NCBI GenBank assembly: GCA_963727445.1
Contig: CAVSGI010000015.1
Span: 288,001-352,000 of the forward strand
Origin: an uncultured delta proteobacterium
GTDB lineage: Bacteria > Myxococcota_A > Polyangia > Polyangiales > B10-G4
Length of the DNA stretch: 64,000 nt
Reading direction: 5' to 3'
The notes below the pieces were generated by a model. That model ran no database searches and was not told the origin of the DNA. It worked only from the letters and a program-made list of their open reading frames with translations. Position numbers and translations under genes: made by a program. The first letter of the stretch is position 1, and each line of letters begins with the position of its first letter. This document shows, one piece after another, positions 53,427 through 62,279 of the stretch.

Positions 53427-53738
53427 TCAGCCGTCGAGGAGCGCCGTCAGCCGGGCTTTGGGCTGAAGGCCGACGGCCTGGGCGGCGGGCTGCCCCTCGC
53501 GGAAGACCATGAGCGTCGGCAGCGCGCGGATCCCGTAGGTCGCGGCCACCGAAGGCGAGTCGTCGACGTCGATCTTCACGATGCGGACGTCCTTTCGCGC
53601 CTCGGCGAGCTCCTCGAGGATCGGCTCCTGGCGCTTACAGGGCGCACACCACACGCCGCCGAACTCGACCAGCACGGGTCGGTCCGAGCGAAGCACCTCG
53701 GCGTCGAAGCTCAGGTCGTTCACGTCGTCGATCTTCAT
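53427..53738 (-). CDS. trxA: Thioredoxin
   Basis: WCAPC active site; YGIRALPTL. Confidence 0.9.
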   Translation of the reverse strand: MKIDDVNDLSFDAEVLRSDRPVLVEFGGVWCAPCKRQEPILEELAEARKDVRIVKIDVDDSPSVAATYGIRALPTLMVFREGQPAAQAVGLQPKARLTALLDG

Positions 53739-54076
53739 GATGCGATCTCCTCTGCATGCTCAGCCGTCGTTCCGAACGGCAGACTCTCGAGCACGGCGCT
53801 CACCTCGGGCCGAGCGAGGCGGTAGTAGCGGCGGCGTCCGTCGCGCACCGCGAGCACCACGCCCGCCTCGCGCAGCACCTTGAGGTGGCGTGAGATGAGC
53901 GCCTGGGGATGGCCGAGGCATTCGACCATCGAGGTCACGTCCGCCGGGCCCTCCGCGAGCCCATCCACGATCTGAAGGCGGATCGGGTGGGCGAGCGCCA
54001 AGAGCAGATCTGCGTTCCGCTTCAGGTCGAGCGGGCTGAAAACGCGTGGATTGGCGAATCCTGACACATGCGACAT
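53735..54076 (-). CDS. ArsR/SmtB family regulator
   Basis: ALAHPIRLQI, ISRHLKVLREAGVV, RDGRRRYY; start uncertain. Confidence 0.88.
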   Translation of the reverse strand: MSHVSGFANPRVFSPLDLKRNADLLLALAHPIRLQIVDGLAEGPADVTSMVECLGHPQALISRHLKVLREAGVVLAVRDGRRRYYRLARPEVSAVLESLPFGTTAEHAEEIAS

Positions 54077-54102
54077 ATGGAATATATGAGGGCCGATGTC
54101 AA
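54074..54102 (-). promoter_or_regulatory. Candidate ArsR operator and -35 element
   Basis: Inverted repeat CATAT-N5-ATATG (54074-54088); TTGACA at 54102-54097. Confidence 0.5.
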
Positions 54103-54140
54103 GCCCGCTCCTTCGCTGCGGCTGGGCGCGAATGCGAGGC

Positions 54141-54998
54141 TCAGTCGACTTCGCGCACGTCGACGATGCGCCGGATCCAGCTGGCGTTGTCGGGGTGGAA
54201 GGTCGAGGCGTAGACGCTGAAGCGCTGGGTGTCGCTCTCGGCGCCCGAGCCGCCGGAGAGCACCCCGACGATCCAGGTGCGCTCGCCGAGGCGCGCCAGA
54301 GCGGGACCGCCGGAGTTGCCCGAGCGAGTCGTGAAGCCCATGGGCTGCGCGACCTGTCGCGAAGGACGGGTGGTGAGGACACCGTCATCGAGGCGGCTCA
54401 CCTGATTCCAGCCGTGGTAGCGCCGCGCTTCACCGTAGCGCGCGGGCCAGCGATTCCATCCCACGAGCTGCACCGGCCGGTCGACCCAGCGCTCGGGCGC
54501 GTCGTCCGCGCCGAGGAGCACCGGGGTGGTGCGGGCCAGGGTCTCGGGGACGGGTGCATGGAGCTCGAGGAGCGCGAGGTCGTGACTGCGATCGAGGTCG
54601 GCCGGGGCGGGGTCGTCGCCGCAGGCGGTGGGCTCGCCGTAAGCCAGCGGGTGGATGTGGCAGCGCGCCACCCCGAAGGAAACACCCTCGGCGTCCCCCG
54701 CGGGATCGACGTCGACCATCGGCAGTTGGTCCCCGTGCGACACGCAATGGGCGGCGGTGAGGACGTGGCGGGGGCCGATCAACGTGCCGCTGCAGCCCGT
54801 CGAGAGGCGCACCACCTCGCGGTGAGCGATGTCGCGATTCCCCTCCGCGGAAGCGTAGAAGATCATCGACCAGGTGACGGGGTCCGGCCGGGAGGCGCCG
54901 CATCCAGCGAGCAGCGGGGGCAGGAGCAGGAGGCAAGCGAGCGCAGCGTTGGCTTTCGACCAAATACTACCGCCTCGCCCTTGCACTTCAGAATTCAA
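54141..54998 (-). CDS. Trypsin-like (S1) serine protease lipoprotein
   Basis: CSGTLI...LTAAHC, DLALL, GNSGGP; LAGC lipobox; start uncertain. Confidence 0.85.
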   Translation of the reverse strand: MNSEVQGRGGSIWSKANAALACLLLLPPLLAGCGASRPDPVTWSMIFYASAEGNRDIAHREVVRLSTGCSGTLIGPRHVLTAAHCVSHGDQLPMVDVDPAGDAEGVSFGVARCHIHPLAYGEPTACGDDPAPADLDRSHDLALLELHAPVPETLARTTPVLLGADDAPERWVDRPVQLVGWNRWPARYGEARRYHGWNQVSRLDDGVLTTRPSRQVAQPMGFTTRSGNSGGPALARLGERTWIVGVLSGGSGAESDTQRFSVYASTFHPDNASWIRRIVDVREVD

Positions 54999-55053
54999 TC
55001 TATGTCCGAATTCGGTCGACGCAACCTCACCTTTATTCCAATTTCGCCACGCG

Positions 55054-55836
55054 ATGAAGTCGCTGCCCTTACGGATGGTGCGAATCGTCCTCGTGGGGGT
55101 GGGGGCGTACGCGGCGTATCTGCTCCTCGAGCCATTGGGGCTGAGCTGGATCGTGCTTCCGCTCGCGGTGGCGGCGATCGGCGGCTTCGTCCTCCTCCGC
55201 TACCTGCGGGGTCGGCGTTTCGCGAAGGAGGCGGCGCGGGAGGAGGCGTGGTCCTCGGCGGTGCTCGATGGGGCGCGGCGTCCTGCGGCCATCGCGGAGG
55301 TGCGGGCCGCGCTCGCGGACGCGAGCGACGACGCCGACAAGGTGCGGCTGACGGTGCTGCTCTCGGATCTGGTGGACGCCGAAGGCGCGCGCGAGGAGGC
55401 GCGCAAGCTCCTCGAGGATCTGGATTTCCGCTCCCTGCCCGCGATCGAATGCGCCGTGGTCCGCCACGCGCTCGCCACCCTCCACTTCCGGGCCGGCGAC
55501 GCCGAGGGGGCGCGCGCCGTACTGAAGCCCCGGGCCCCCCGCTGCGGAGATGCGGACCTCGACCGGCGTCTCGAGCTCCTGGACGCGACCGCGGATCTCG
55601 AGCTCGGCGAAGCGGATGGAGCGCTCGAGATCGCGACACGGATCCGGCGCGCGGCGGGCGCGGACGAGGCCCTGGCCCTCGAGGCGCGGATCGTGCGCGC
55701 GGCGGCGCTCGACGCGCGGGGCGATCACGCCGAGGCGCTGAGCGCCCTCAGCAACCTCGGCCCACAGATCGTCGAGGCGCTCTCGACTCTTGGTGGCCCG
55801 CGCATCCGCGCCCTCGCCGAAGAGCTGATGGAGTGA
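55054..55836 (+). CDS. Membrane-anchored TPR-like hypothetical protein
   Basis: Two N-terminal TM helices then helical Ala/Leu repeats. Confidence 0.65.
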   Translation: MKSLPLRMVRIVLVGVGAYAAYLLLEPLGLSWIVLPLAVAAIGGFVLLRYLRGRRFAKEAAREEAWSSAVLDGARRPAAIAEVRAALADASDDADKVRLTVLLSDLVDAEGAREEARKLLEDLDFRSLPAIECAVVRHALATLHFRAGDAEGARAVLKPRAPRCGDADLDRRLELLDATADLELGEADGALEIATRIRRAAGADEALALEARIVRAAALDARGDHAEALSALSNLGPQIVEALSTLGGPRIRALAEELME

Positions 55837-55849
55837 GCCGGGGCCTCCG

Positions 55850-56881
55850 TTGAAGAAGGTCGTGATCCACGAGCCGGGCGGCTACGACCGACTGCGCGTC
55901 GAGACCCACCCCGACCCCGAGGTCGGCCCGGGCGAGGTGCGGGTGGAGGTGGCCTTCGCGGGCGTGAACTTCGCCGACTGCATCGTTCGGATGGGGCACT
56001 ACCAGTCCGCGAAGGAGCTTGTCGGCTGGCCGATCACGCCGGGCTTCGAGGTCTCGGGCGTGGTCGATGCGGTGGGGCAGGGCGTCGAGGGCGTGAAGAA
56101 GGGCGACGAGGTCGTCGCCGTGACCCTCTTCGACGGCTACGCGAGCCACCTCGTCGTCCCGGCGCATCAGGTCTTCCCCATCCCGCCGCCCCTGACCCTG
56201 GTCGAGGCGGCGGCCTTCCCTTCGGTTCACCTCACGGCCTGGTACGCCCTCGCCCATCTCGCCCATCCGGAGAAGGACGAGCCGATGCTCATCCACTCGG
56301 CCGCAGGCGGCGTGGGCAGCGTCCTGGTGCAGATGGGCCGCATCTACGGCGCGCGAACCGTGGGCGTGGTCGGCCGCAGCCACAAGGCGCCGCACGTGGA
56401 GGCGCTCGGCGCCGATCGCGTCATCGACAAGTCGAAGGAGGATCTCTGGCGTGCCGCGGAGGTCGCGCATCCGGAGGGCTATCGCATCGTCTGCGACGCG
56501 AACGGCGTCGCCACGCTCCGCGAGAGCTATGCGCATCTATCGCCGGGCGGCCGCCTCGTGGTCTACGGCTTTCACACCATGTTCGACGCCGGCCGCGGGC
56601 GAACGCCGCTGTTGAAGCTCGCCTGGCACTGGCTGCGCACGCCGCGCTTCGACCCTTTGCAGATGACCGGGGACAACAAGAGCGTGCTCGCCTTCAACCT
56701 GAGCTACCTCTTCGCCGAGACCGCGCTGCTCGCCCGCGCCTGGGCCGAGCTCGCCGACTGGCTCGCCCGCGGGGCGCTCGTCGCCCCGGTCGTGGAGGCG
56801 CATCCCTTCGACGACGTAGCCGAGGCCCAGCGCGCCCTCGAGTCGGGTCAGACCGTGGGCAAGCTCGTGCTCGCGCTCTGA
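55850..56881 (+). CDS. MDR-family oxidoreductase (VAT-1/quinone reductase-like)
   Basis: GVNFAD, PGFEVSG, HSAAGGVG, TVGKLVL. Confidence 0.88.
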   Translation: MKKVVIHEPGGYDRLRVETHPDPEVGPGEVRVEVAFAGVNFADCIVRMGHYQSAKELVGWPITPGFEVSGVVDAVGQGVEGVKKGDEVVAVTLFDGYASHLVVPAHQVFPIPPPLTLVEAAAFPSVHLTAWYALAHLAHPEKDEPMLIHSAAGGVGSVLVQMGRIYGARTVGVVGRSHKAPHVEALGADRVIDKSKEDLWRAAEVAHPEGYRIVCDANGVATLRESYAHLSPGGRLVVYGFHTMFDAGRGRTPLLKLAWHWLRTPRFDPLQMTGDNKSVLAFNLSYLFAETALLARAWAELADWLARGALVAPVVEAHPFDDVAEAQRALESGQTVGKLVLAL

Positions 56882-56883
56882 AT

Positions 56884-57978
56884 TCAGGCGTTCGCTTTCG
56901 CGAAGGCGGCCATGAACTCCACCAGCTTCTCGGCGCCCTCGACGCTCATGGAGTTGTAGAGGCTGGCGCGGATCCCGCCGGCCGAGCGATGGCCCTTGAG
57001 GCCGAAGAGCCCCTGCCCCTCTGCCTCTTTCACGAAGCGCTGGTCGAGCTCTTCGCTCGGCAGGTTGAAGACGACGTTCATCACCGAGCGCGAGCCCTTC
57101 TCGACCGGCGCCCGATAGAAGTCGGGCGCTGTGTCGATCGCCGCGTAGACCAGGCCGGCCTTCTTTCGGTTGCGGCGCTCCATCTCGGGGAGGCCGCCCT
57201 GATCCGCCATCCAGGCGAGGACGTTGCGAACCATGTAGATGGCGAAGGTGGGCGCCGTGTTCTGGAGCGAGTCGCCCTTCACGATGGTGCGGTACTGGAA
57301 GATGGAGGGGATGTCTTTGCGACCCTTCTGCACCAGGTCGTCGCGCACGATGACCAGGGTGACGCCGGGCGGGCCGAGGTTCTTCTGGGCGCCGGCGTAG
57401 ATCAGCCCGAAGCGCGACAGATCCATGGGGCGCCAACCGATGTCGCTGGACATGTCGACCACCACGGGCACGTCGCCGGCGTCGGGGTAGTCGAAGACCT
57501 GCGAGCCGTAGATGGTGTTGTTCGAGGTGAGGTGCAGGTACGCCGAGTCGCTCGGCACCTTCAGCTCTTCGTTGGTCGCGACGCGCCGGTAGCGCCCGTC
57601 CTCGCTCTTGGTGTTCACGACCTCGCGGGCGGAGCCGACGATGCGCGCCTCGTCGATGGCCTTCTCGCCCCAGGTTCCGGCCACCGCGTAGTCGGCGGTG
57701 GCCCCCGCTGGCAGGAAATTCATCGGCACGATGGCGAACTGACCGCGTGCGCCACCCTGCATGAAGAGGATGTGGTAGCCGTCGGGGATCTGGAGCAGCT
57801 CGCGGAGCAGCGCCTTCGCCTCCTCGTGCACCTTCATGTAGTGAGCGCCGCGGTGGCTGTGCTCGAGGATCCCGATCCCCGTCCCCTGGTAGTCGAGGAG
57901 ATCGTTCTGGGCGCGCTCGAGCGCGGGCAGCGGCAGGGTCGCGGGGCCGGGGGCGAAGTTGAAGACGCGGTGCACCAT
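56884..57978 (-). CDS. serC: Phosphoserine aminotransferase
   Basis: FNFAPGPATLP, EHSHR, DMSSD, AGAQKNLGP, GHRSAGGIRASLYN. Confidence 0.95.
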   Translation of the reverse strand: MVHRVFNFAPGPATLPLPALERAQNDLLDYQGTGIGILEHSHRGAHYMKVHEEAKALLRELLQIPDGYHILFMQGGARGQFAIVPMNFLPAGATADYAVAGTWGEKAIDEARIVGSAREVVNTKSEDGRYRRVATNEELKVPSDSAYLHLTSNNTIYGSQVFDYPDAGDVPVVVDMSSDIGWRPMDLSRFGLIYAGAQKNLGPPGVTLVIVRDDLVQKGRKDIPSIFQYRTIVKGDSLQNTAPTFAIYMVRNVLAWMADQGGLPEMERRNRKKAGLVYAAIDTAPDFYRAPVEKGSRSVMNVVFNLPSEELDQRFVKEAEGQGLFGLKGHRSAGGIRASLYNSMSVEGAEKLVEFMAAFAKANA

Positions 57979-58085
57979 GGGCGGCAGGGTAGCGCCGCCC
58001 ACGACGCAGTGGGAGGTGGCAAGTGGGTGAAAGGACCCGGCGGGCCAAGGGTGGCGATGGACGCGTAGGGCGCTATGGTCGCCCC

Positions 58086-58466
58086 ATGCGGACCCGAGGA
58101 GACCACTTCGAAGTGGTGAAAGAGCGGGGGGGAATCGTTCGTGTCGTTCGTCTGCCGAATGACTTCGCATCGATGGCCGACATGGAGGAGGCGATGGAGG
58201 AGCTGAACGCCCACCTGGACTCGCTGGGCCGGGCGAAGCTCCTCCTGCTGGTCGACACGCGACGCGCCAAGCCGCGGAACGACCCCGAGTTCGAGGCCGC
58301 CTTCGCGCCCCACCGCAAGCGCATGCTCTCCGGCTTCAAGCAGCAGGCGGTCCTGGTGCGGACCGAGGTCGGCCGCCTCCAGGTCAACCGCCACGCCCGC
58401 ATGGACGGCACGGAGCTCCAGGCCTTCTGTGACGAGAAGAAGGCGGTGCGATGGCTGCTGGTCTGA
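58086..58466 (+). CDS. Small STAS/SEC14-like hypothetical protein
   Basis: LLVDTRRA...RNDPEFE; AVLVRTEVGRLQ; FCDEKKAVRWL. Confidence 0.65.
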   Translation: MRTRGDHFEVVKERGGIVRVVRLPNDFASMADMEEAMEELNAHLDSLGRAKLLLLVDTRRAKPRNDPEFEAAFAPHRKRMLSGFKQQAVLVRTEVGRLQVNRHARMDGTELQAFCDEKKAVRWLLV

Positions 58467-58492
58467 GCCATCCAGGCACTAATCTGTAGGGC

Positions 58493-58719
58493 GTGAAGCA
58501 TGTCGTCCCCGCGCTCCTCTTGCTCACCGCCACGGCCTGCGGAGGAGTGGGCGATCTCATCGAACGAAGAGCTCGCGACGGTGGGAGGCGAGCTCACGGC
58601 CTACTTCCCCGACGAGCGGTTCTTTCACGCTCGGTTTTGATGGGGGCGTGGCAGTGTGGCGGCTCAGGACCCATGGCCGCTGCGGTCGCGGGTTCGTGCC
58701 GATCAATTCAGTCGGGTGA
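58493..58719 (+). CDS. Possible small lipoprotein, apparently frameshifted
   Basis: MKHVVPALLLLTATAC lipobox; TAATCT 7 nt upstream; two +1 corrections give a frame ending at TGA 58717 before a hairpin. Confidence 0.35.
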
Positions 58720-58722
58720 AAC

Positions 58723-58760
58723 GACGAAGGGCCCCGGCAGCGTTGCGCGGAGCCCTCGTC
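58723..58760. terminator. Hairpin downstream of tRNA-Ala
   Basis: GACGAAGGGC...GCCCTCGTC imperfect stem. Confidence 0.45.
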
Positions 58761-58765
58761 GATCT

Positions 58766-58841
58766 TGGTGGAGCTGAGGGGGATCGAACCCCTGACCTCT
58801 AGAGTGCGATTCTAGCGCTCTCCCAGCTGAGCTACAGCCCC
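58766..58841 (-). tRNA. tRNA-Ala (CGC)
   Basis: GGGGCTGTAGCTCAG...CTAGA-ATCGCAC-TCTAG...GGTTCGATCC...CCACCA, 76 nt, G3-U70 pair. Confidence 0.97.
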
Positions 58842-58852
58842 GGGGAGGGCGC

Positions 58853-58880
58853 ACTATACTCACGGGCGGACGTCGCGCAA
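58853..58880 (-). promoter_or_regulatory. Sigma70-type promoter of tRNA-Ala
   Basis: TTGCGC-16-TATAGT. Confidence 0.65.
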
Positions 58881-58896
58881 TCACCAAGGATGTTGG

Positions 58897-58995
58897 AGGG
58901 GACGCAGCTCGGTTTTGTGGGGCTCGCCGAGCCCTCCGCGGCAGAACCGGGGCGATGAGCGGACGGCGGCGAAGCGAAAACCGAGCGACTTCCCC
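58897..58995. repeat. Structured intergenic inverted-repeat element (REP/MITE-like)
   Basis: GCTCGGTTTT (58907) pairs with AAAACCGAGC (58977); inner hairpin GGGCTCG-C-CGAGCCC. Confidence 0.5.
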
Positions 58996-59098
58996 GGTTG
59001 GTCGGAGAGGGCGTCTCGAGGTGAGCCCACCCGCCCAGCCCCTCGACGCCGCAGCCTCTTCGTGGCACTCCGTCGCCTCTTTCCCAGGAGCGGACCCC

Positions 59099-60265
59099 AT
59101 GGCGCAGAGCCTCGACTATTACCTGATCGATGAAGAGCTGACCGATGAGGAGCGGCTCGTGCGGGACAACGTGCGGCGCTTCGTGGATCAGAAGATCCGG
59201 CCCTCGATCGCGAAGCATTACGAGAACGGGACCTTCCCCACCGAGCTCATCCCGACCTTCGGCGAGCTCGGCCTCTTGGGGTCGAACCTCTCGGGCTACG
59301 ACTGCCCGGGGATGGGGGACGTCGCCTACGGGCTCGCGATGCAGGAGCTCGAGAAGGCCGACAGCGGCATCCGCTCCTTCTGCTCGGTGCAGGGGAGCCT
59401 GTCGATGTATCCGATCCACGCCTTCGGGAGCGAGGAGCAGAAGCAGAAGTACCTGCCGAAGATGACCCGCGGCGAGATGATCGGCTGCTTCGGTCTGACC
59501 GAGCCGGACTTCGGCTCGAACCCCACCGGGATGATCACGCGCGCCGAAAAGCTCCCGAGCGGCGGTTACAAGCTCAACGGGGTCAAGCGCTGGATCACCA
59601 ACGGCAACCTCGCGCACCTCGCCATCATCTGGGCGAAGCTCGACGGCGTCGTTCACGGCTTCATCGTCCCCACCGAGACCAAGGGCTTCACGGCCGAGAA
59701 GATCGAGGGCAAGTGGTCGCTGCGCGCGAGCGTCACCTCCGAGCTGATCCTCGAGGACGTGGAGGTCGGTGAGGACGCGATCCTTCCGAACGTGAAGGGC
59801 ATGCGCGGGCCGCTGAGCTGCCTCAGCCAGGCCCGCTACGGCATCTGCTGGGGTGTCATCGGCGCTGCCATGGACTGCTACGACACCGCCCTCGCGTACG
59901 CGAAGGAGCGGGTGCAGTTCTCGAAGCCTATCGCTGGCTACCAGCTCGTGCAGCAGAAACTGGTGCACATGCTGACCGAGATCACCAAGGCGCAATGCCT
60001 CACGCTGCGCCTCGGCCGCATCAAGGAGGCGGGCAAGTGGCGCCCGCAGCACATCTCCCTCGCCAAGCGGAACAACGTGTCCATGGCCCTCGAGATCGCC
60101 CGTCTCGCCCGCGACGTCCTGGGGGGCAATGGTATCATGTATGAGTACAGCCCCGGCCGCCACATGATGAACCTCGAGACGGTCTACACCTACGAGGGCA
60201 CCCACGACATCCACACGCTGATCCTCGGTCAGGACATCACGGGGATCGCGGCTTTCGACGGCTGA
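59099..60265 (+). CDS. gcdH: Glutaryl-CoA dehydrogenase-like acyl-CoA dehydrogenase
   Basis: GCFGLTEPDFGSNP, KRWITNG, LSQARYGI, NLETVYTYEGTHDIHTLILG. Confidence 0.85.
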   Translation: MAQSLDYYLIDEELTDEERLVRDNVRRFVDQKIRPSIAKHYENGTFPTELIPTFGELGLLGSNLSGYDCPGMGDVAYGLAMQELEKADSGIRSFCSVQGSLSMYPIHAFGSEEQKQKYLPKMTRGEMIGCFGLTEPDFGSNPTGMITRAEKLPSGGYKLNGVKRWITNGNLAHLAIIWAKLDGVVHGFIVPTETKGFTAEKIEGKWSLRASVTSELILEDVEVGEDAILPNVKGMRGPLSCLSQARYGICWGVIGAAMDCYDTALAYAKERVQFSKPIAGYQLVQQKLVHMLTEITKAQCLTLRLGRIKEAGKWRPQHISLAKRNNVSMALEIARLARDVLGGNGIMYEYSPGRHMMNLETVYTYEGTHDIHTLILGQDITGIAAFDG

Positions 60266-60281
60266 CAAGTCGGCGACGTGC

Positions 60282-60966
60282 TCACCCGAGCACGAGCTCG
60301 ACGAGGCCGGCGGACTCGACGACGTGGGCGAGGGCCTCGTCGTCGTCGCGCGCCGCCGCGACCTCCAGCACTGGCGCGGTCGATCGCGCGGCGAGGATTT
60401 GCCGGTTGCGGCGGGCGCTCTCGTCGGGCTTGTCGGTGGGGGTGAGCACCACCGCGCGCACCGCGAGGCTCCGCGCCTCGGCCGCCTCGAGGGCGGTGAG
60501 GGTATGGGACAGGACGCCGAGGCCGTTCTGCGCGACGAGGAGGATTGGCATGGCGAGCGCCACGGCGAGGTCGGCGACGTCGTGGGTCTCGTCGACGGGA
60601 ACGAGGAGGCCACCGGCGCCTTCGACGAGGGCGAAGTCGGCGCCCGCCATGCGCGCGCGAAGGGTCGCGGCCAGGGCTTCGATGTCAGGAGGCGCGGTCT
60701 CGCCAGCGAGGGTGGCGGCCCAAGGTGAAAGCGGCGGGGTGGCGCGGTAGAGGCCTTTTGCGTCGGCGAGGGTGGGGTCGCCCGCGGCGGCTGCGAGCGC
60801 GCGCGCGTCGAGGGCTCGTGGCGCACATCCGGTCTCGTAAGGCTTGAGGGCGGCGACGCGGAGCCCGCGGTCGCGGGCCGCGCGGGCCAGGCCGCGGCTC
60901 ACCCAGGTCTTGCCGACCTCGGTGCCGGTGGCGGTGACGAAGATCTCGGTGGCGCGGAGCGCTCAT
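60282..60966 (-). CDS. bioD: Dethiobiotin synthase, apparent +1 frameshift in the first codons
   Basis: IFVTATGTEVGKTWV, KPYETG, VEGAGGLLVP; the ATG overlapping the bioF stop is one base out of frame. Confidence 0.9.
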
Positions 60967-62138
60967 GGATGCGCGGGGGCGCCGGTTCGGGGGCGGAGCG
61001 CGGCGAAGGCTTCGACGACACGGTCGATGTCGGCGTCCTCGTGGACCGCCATGGGCACGAGGCGGATGCGGCTGGTGCCCTCGGCGACGGTGGGCGGGCG
61101 GATGCCGTGGGCGAAGATGCCGCGCTCGAAGAGGGCGGCGGAGAGCGCCATGGTCGCGTCGGCGTCGCCGATCAGAACGGGGACGATCGGTGTGTCGTCG
61201 CCAAGCACTTCGTAGCCGAGGCCGCGGAGCTCGCGTCGCAGTCGGGAGGCGTGATGGAACAGGCGCGCGCGGCGGTCGTCCGCGTTCTCGACGAGGTCGG
61301 TGGCGGCGAGGATGGCGGCGGCGAGGGCAGGGGGGGAGGCCGTGGAGAAGACGAAGCTGCGGGCGCGGTTCTGGAGGAGATCGATGAGCGGGGCCGAGCC
61401 GGCCACGAAGGCACCGAGCACGCCGAAGGCCTTGCCGAGGGTGCCGACGCGGATCTCGGGGGTGACGCCGACAGCGGCGCTGAGGCCGCGCCCGTGGGGG
61501 CCCACGACACCGAGAGCGTGGGCCTCGTCGACGAAGAGCCAGGCGTCGTGTCGTGTGGCCAGCTCGCGAAGCGCCACGAGGTCGGCGCGATCGCCGTCCA
61601 TCGAGAAGATCGCATCGGTGACCACGATCGCGCGCCGTGCTCTTGGGCGATGCACTTTCAAGAGCGCGTCCAGGGCGGTCGTGTCGCGATGCGGGTAGAC
61701 GACGACCTCGGCCTTCGACAGACGGCAGCCGTCGATGATCGACGCGTGGTTGAGCGCGTCGCTGAAGACGATGTCCTCGGGGCCGACAAGAGCGGAGAGC
61801 ACCCCGACGTTGGCGGCGTAGCCGGAGCTGAACAGGAGCGCGGACTCGGTTCCGACGAAGCGCGCGAGGCGGGCCTCGCATTCGAGGTGAGCGCGGTGGT
61901 TGCCGGAGATCAGGCGCGAGGCGCCGCTGCCCACGCCGTGTCGTCGCGCCGCCTCGCCGAGGGTTTCGGCGAGGAGGGGATGACCGGCGAGGCCGAGATA
62001 GTCGTTCGAGGAGAGCGAGATTGCATCGCGTCCATCGAAGCGCGCGACGGGAAGATGCGCGCTGCCGAGCGCGCGGGGCGCGCGGTAGAGCCCACGTGCA
62101 CGCAACGACTCCAGCTCCTCTTTCAACGCATCATCCAT
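60963..62138 (-). CDS. bioF: 8-amino-7-oxononanoate synthase
   Basis: SNDYLGLA, GSGASRL, NHASIIDG, FSMDGD, DEAHA, GTLGKAFG, IRPPTV. Confidence 0.95.
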   Translation of the reverse strand: MDDALKEELESLRARGLYRAPRALGSAHLPVARFDGRDAISLSSNDYLGLAGHPLLAETLGEAARRHGVGSGASRLISGNHRAHLECEARLARFVGTESALLFSSGYAANVGVLSALVGPEDIVFSDALNHASIIDGCRLSKAEVVVYPHRDTTALDALLKVHRPRARRAIVVTDAIFSMDGDRADLVALRELATRHDAWLFVDEAHALGVVGPHGRGLSAAVGVTPEIRVGTLGKAFGVLGAFVAGSAPLIDLLQNRARSFVFSTASPPALAAAILAATDLVENADDRRARLFHHASRLRRELRGLGYEVLGDDTPIVPVLIGDADATMALSAALFERGIFAHGIRPPTVAEGTSRIRLVPMAVHEDADIDRVVEAFAALRPRTGAPAHP

Positions 62139-62279
62139 CGCGGAGCGGTGTGGGTATCGCAGTTGTCGGACAACGCAAGGAGGCGTGCAGAGGCGGGGAG
62201 GTGCGTTCCTTAAGTCATCGGAATAACTCATAAAAAGCGACGTGCGCGTTGGCGCGACGACCTGCTAAGCTGCCGCACG

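Noticed and set aside
58466..58841. Prophage or island integrated at tRNA-Ala
   Set aside because: No integrase and no duplicated tRNA 3' end seen; flanks are housekeeping genes
62249..62266. Sigma54 promoter TGGCGC...TGC before the HEAT gene
   Set aside because: GG-to-GC spacing is 11 rather than 10; a TGcTAAGCT -10 element fits better
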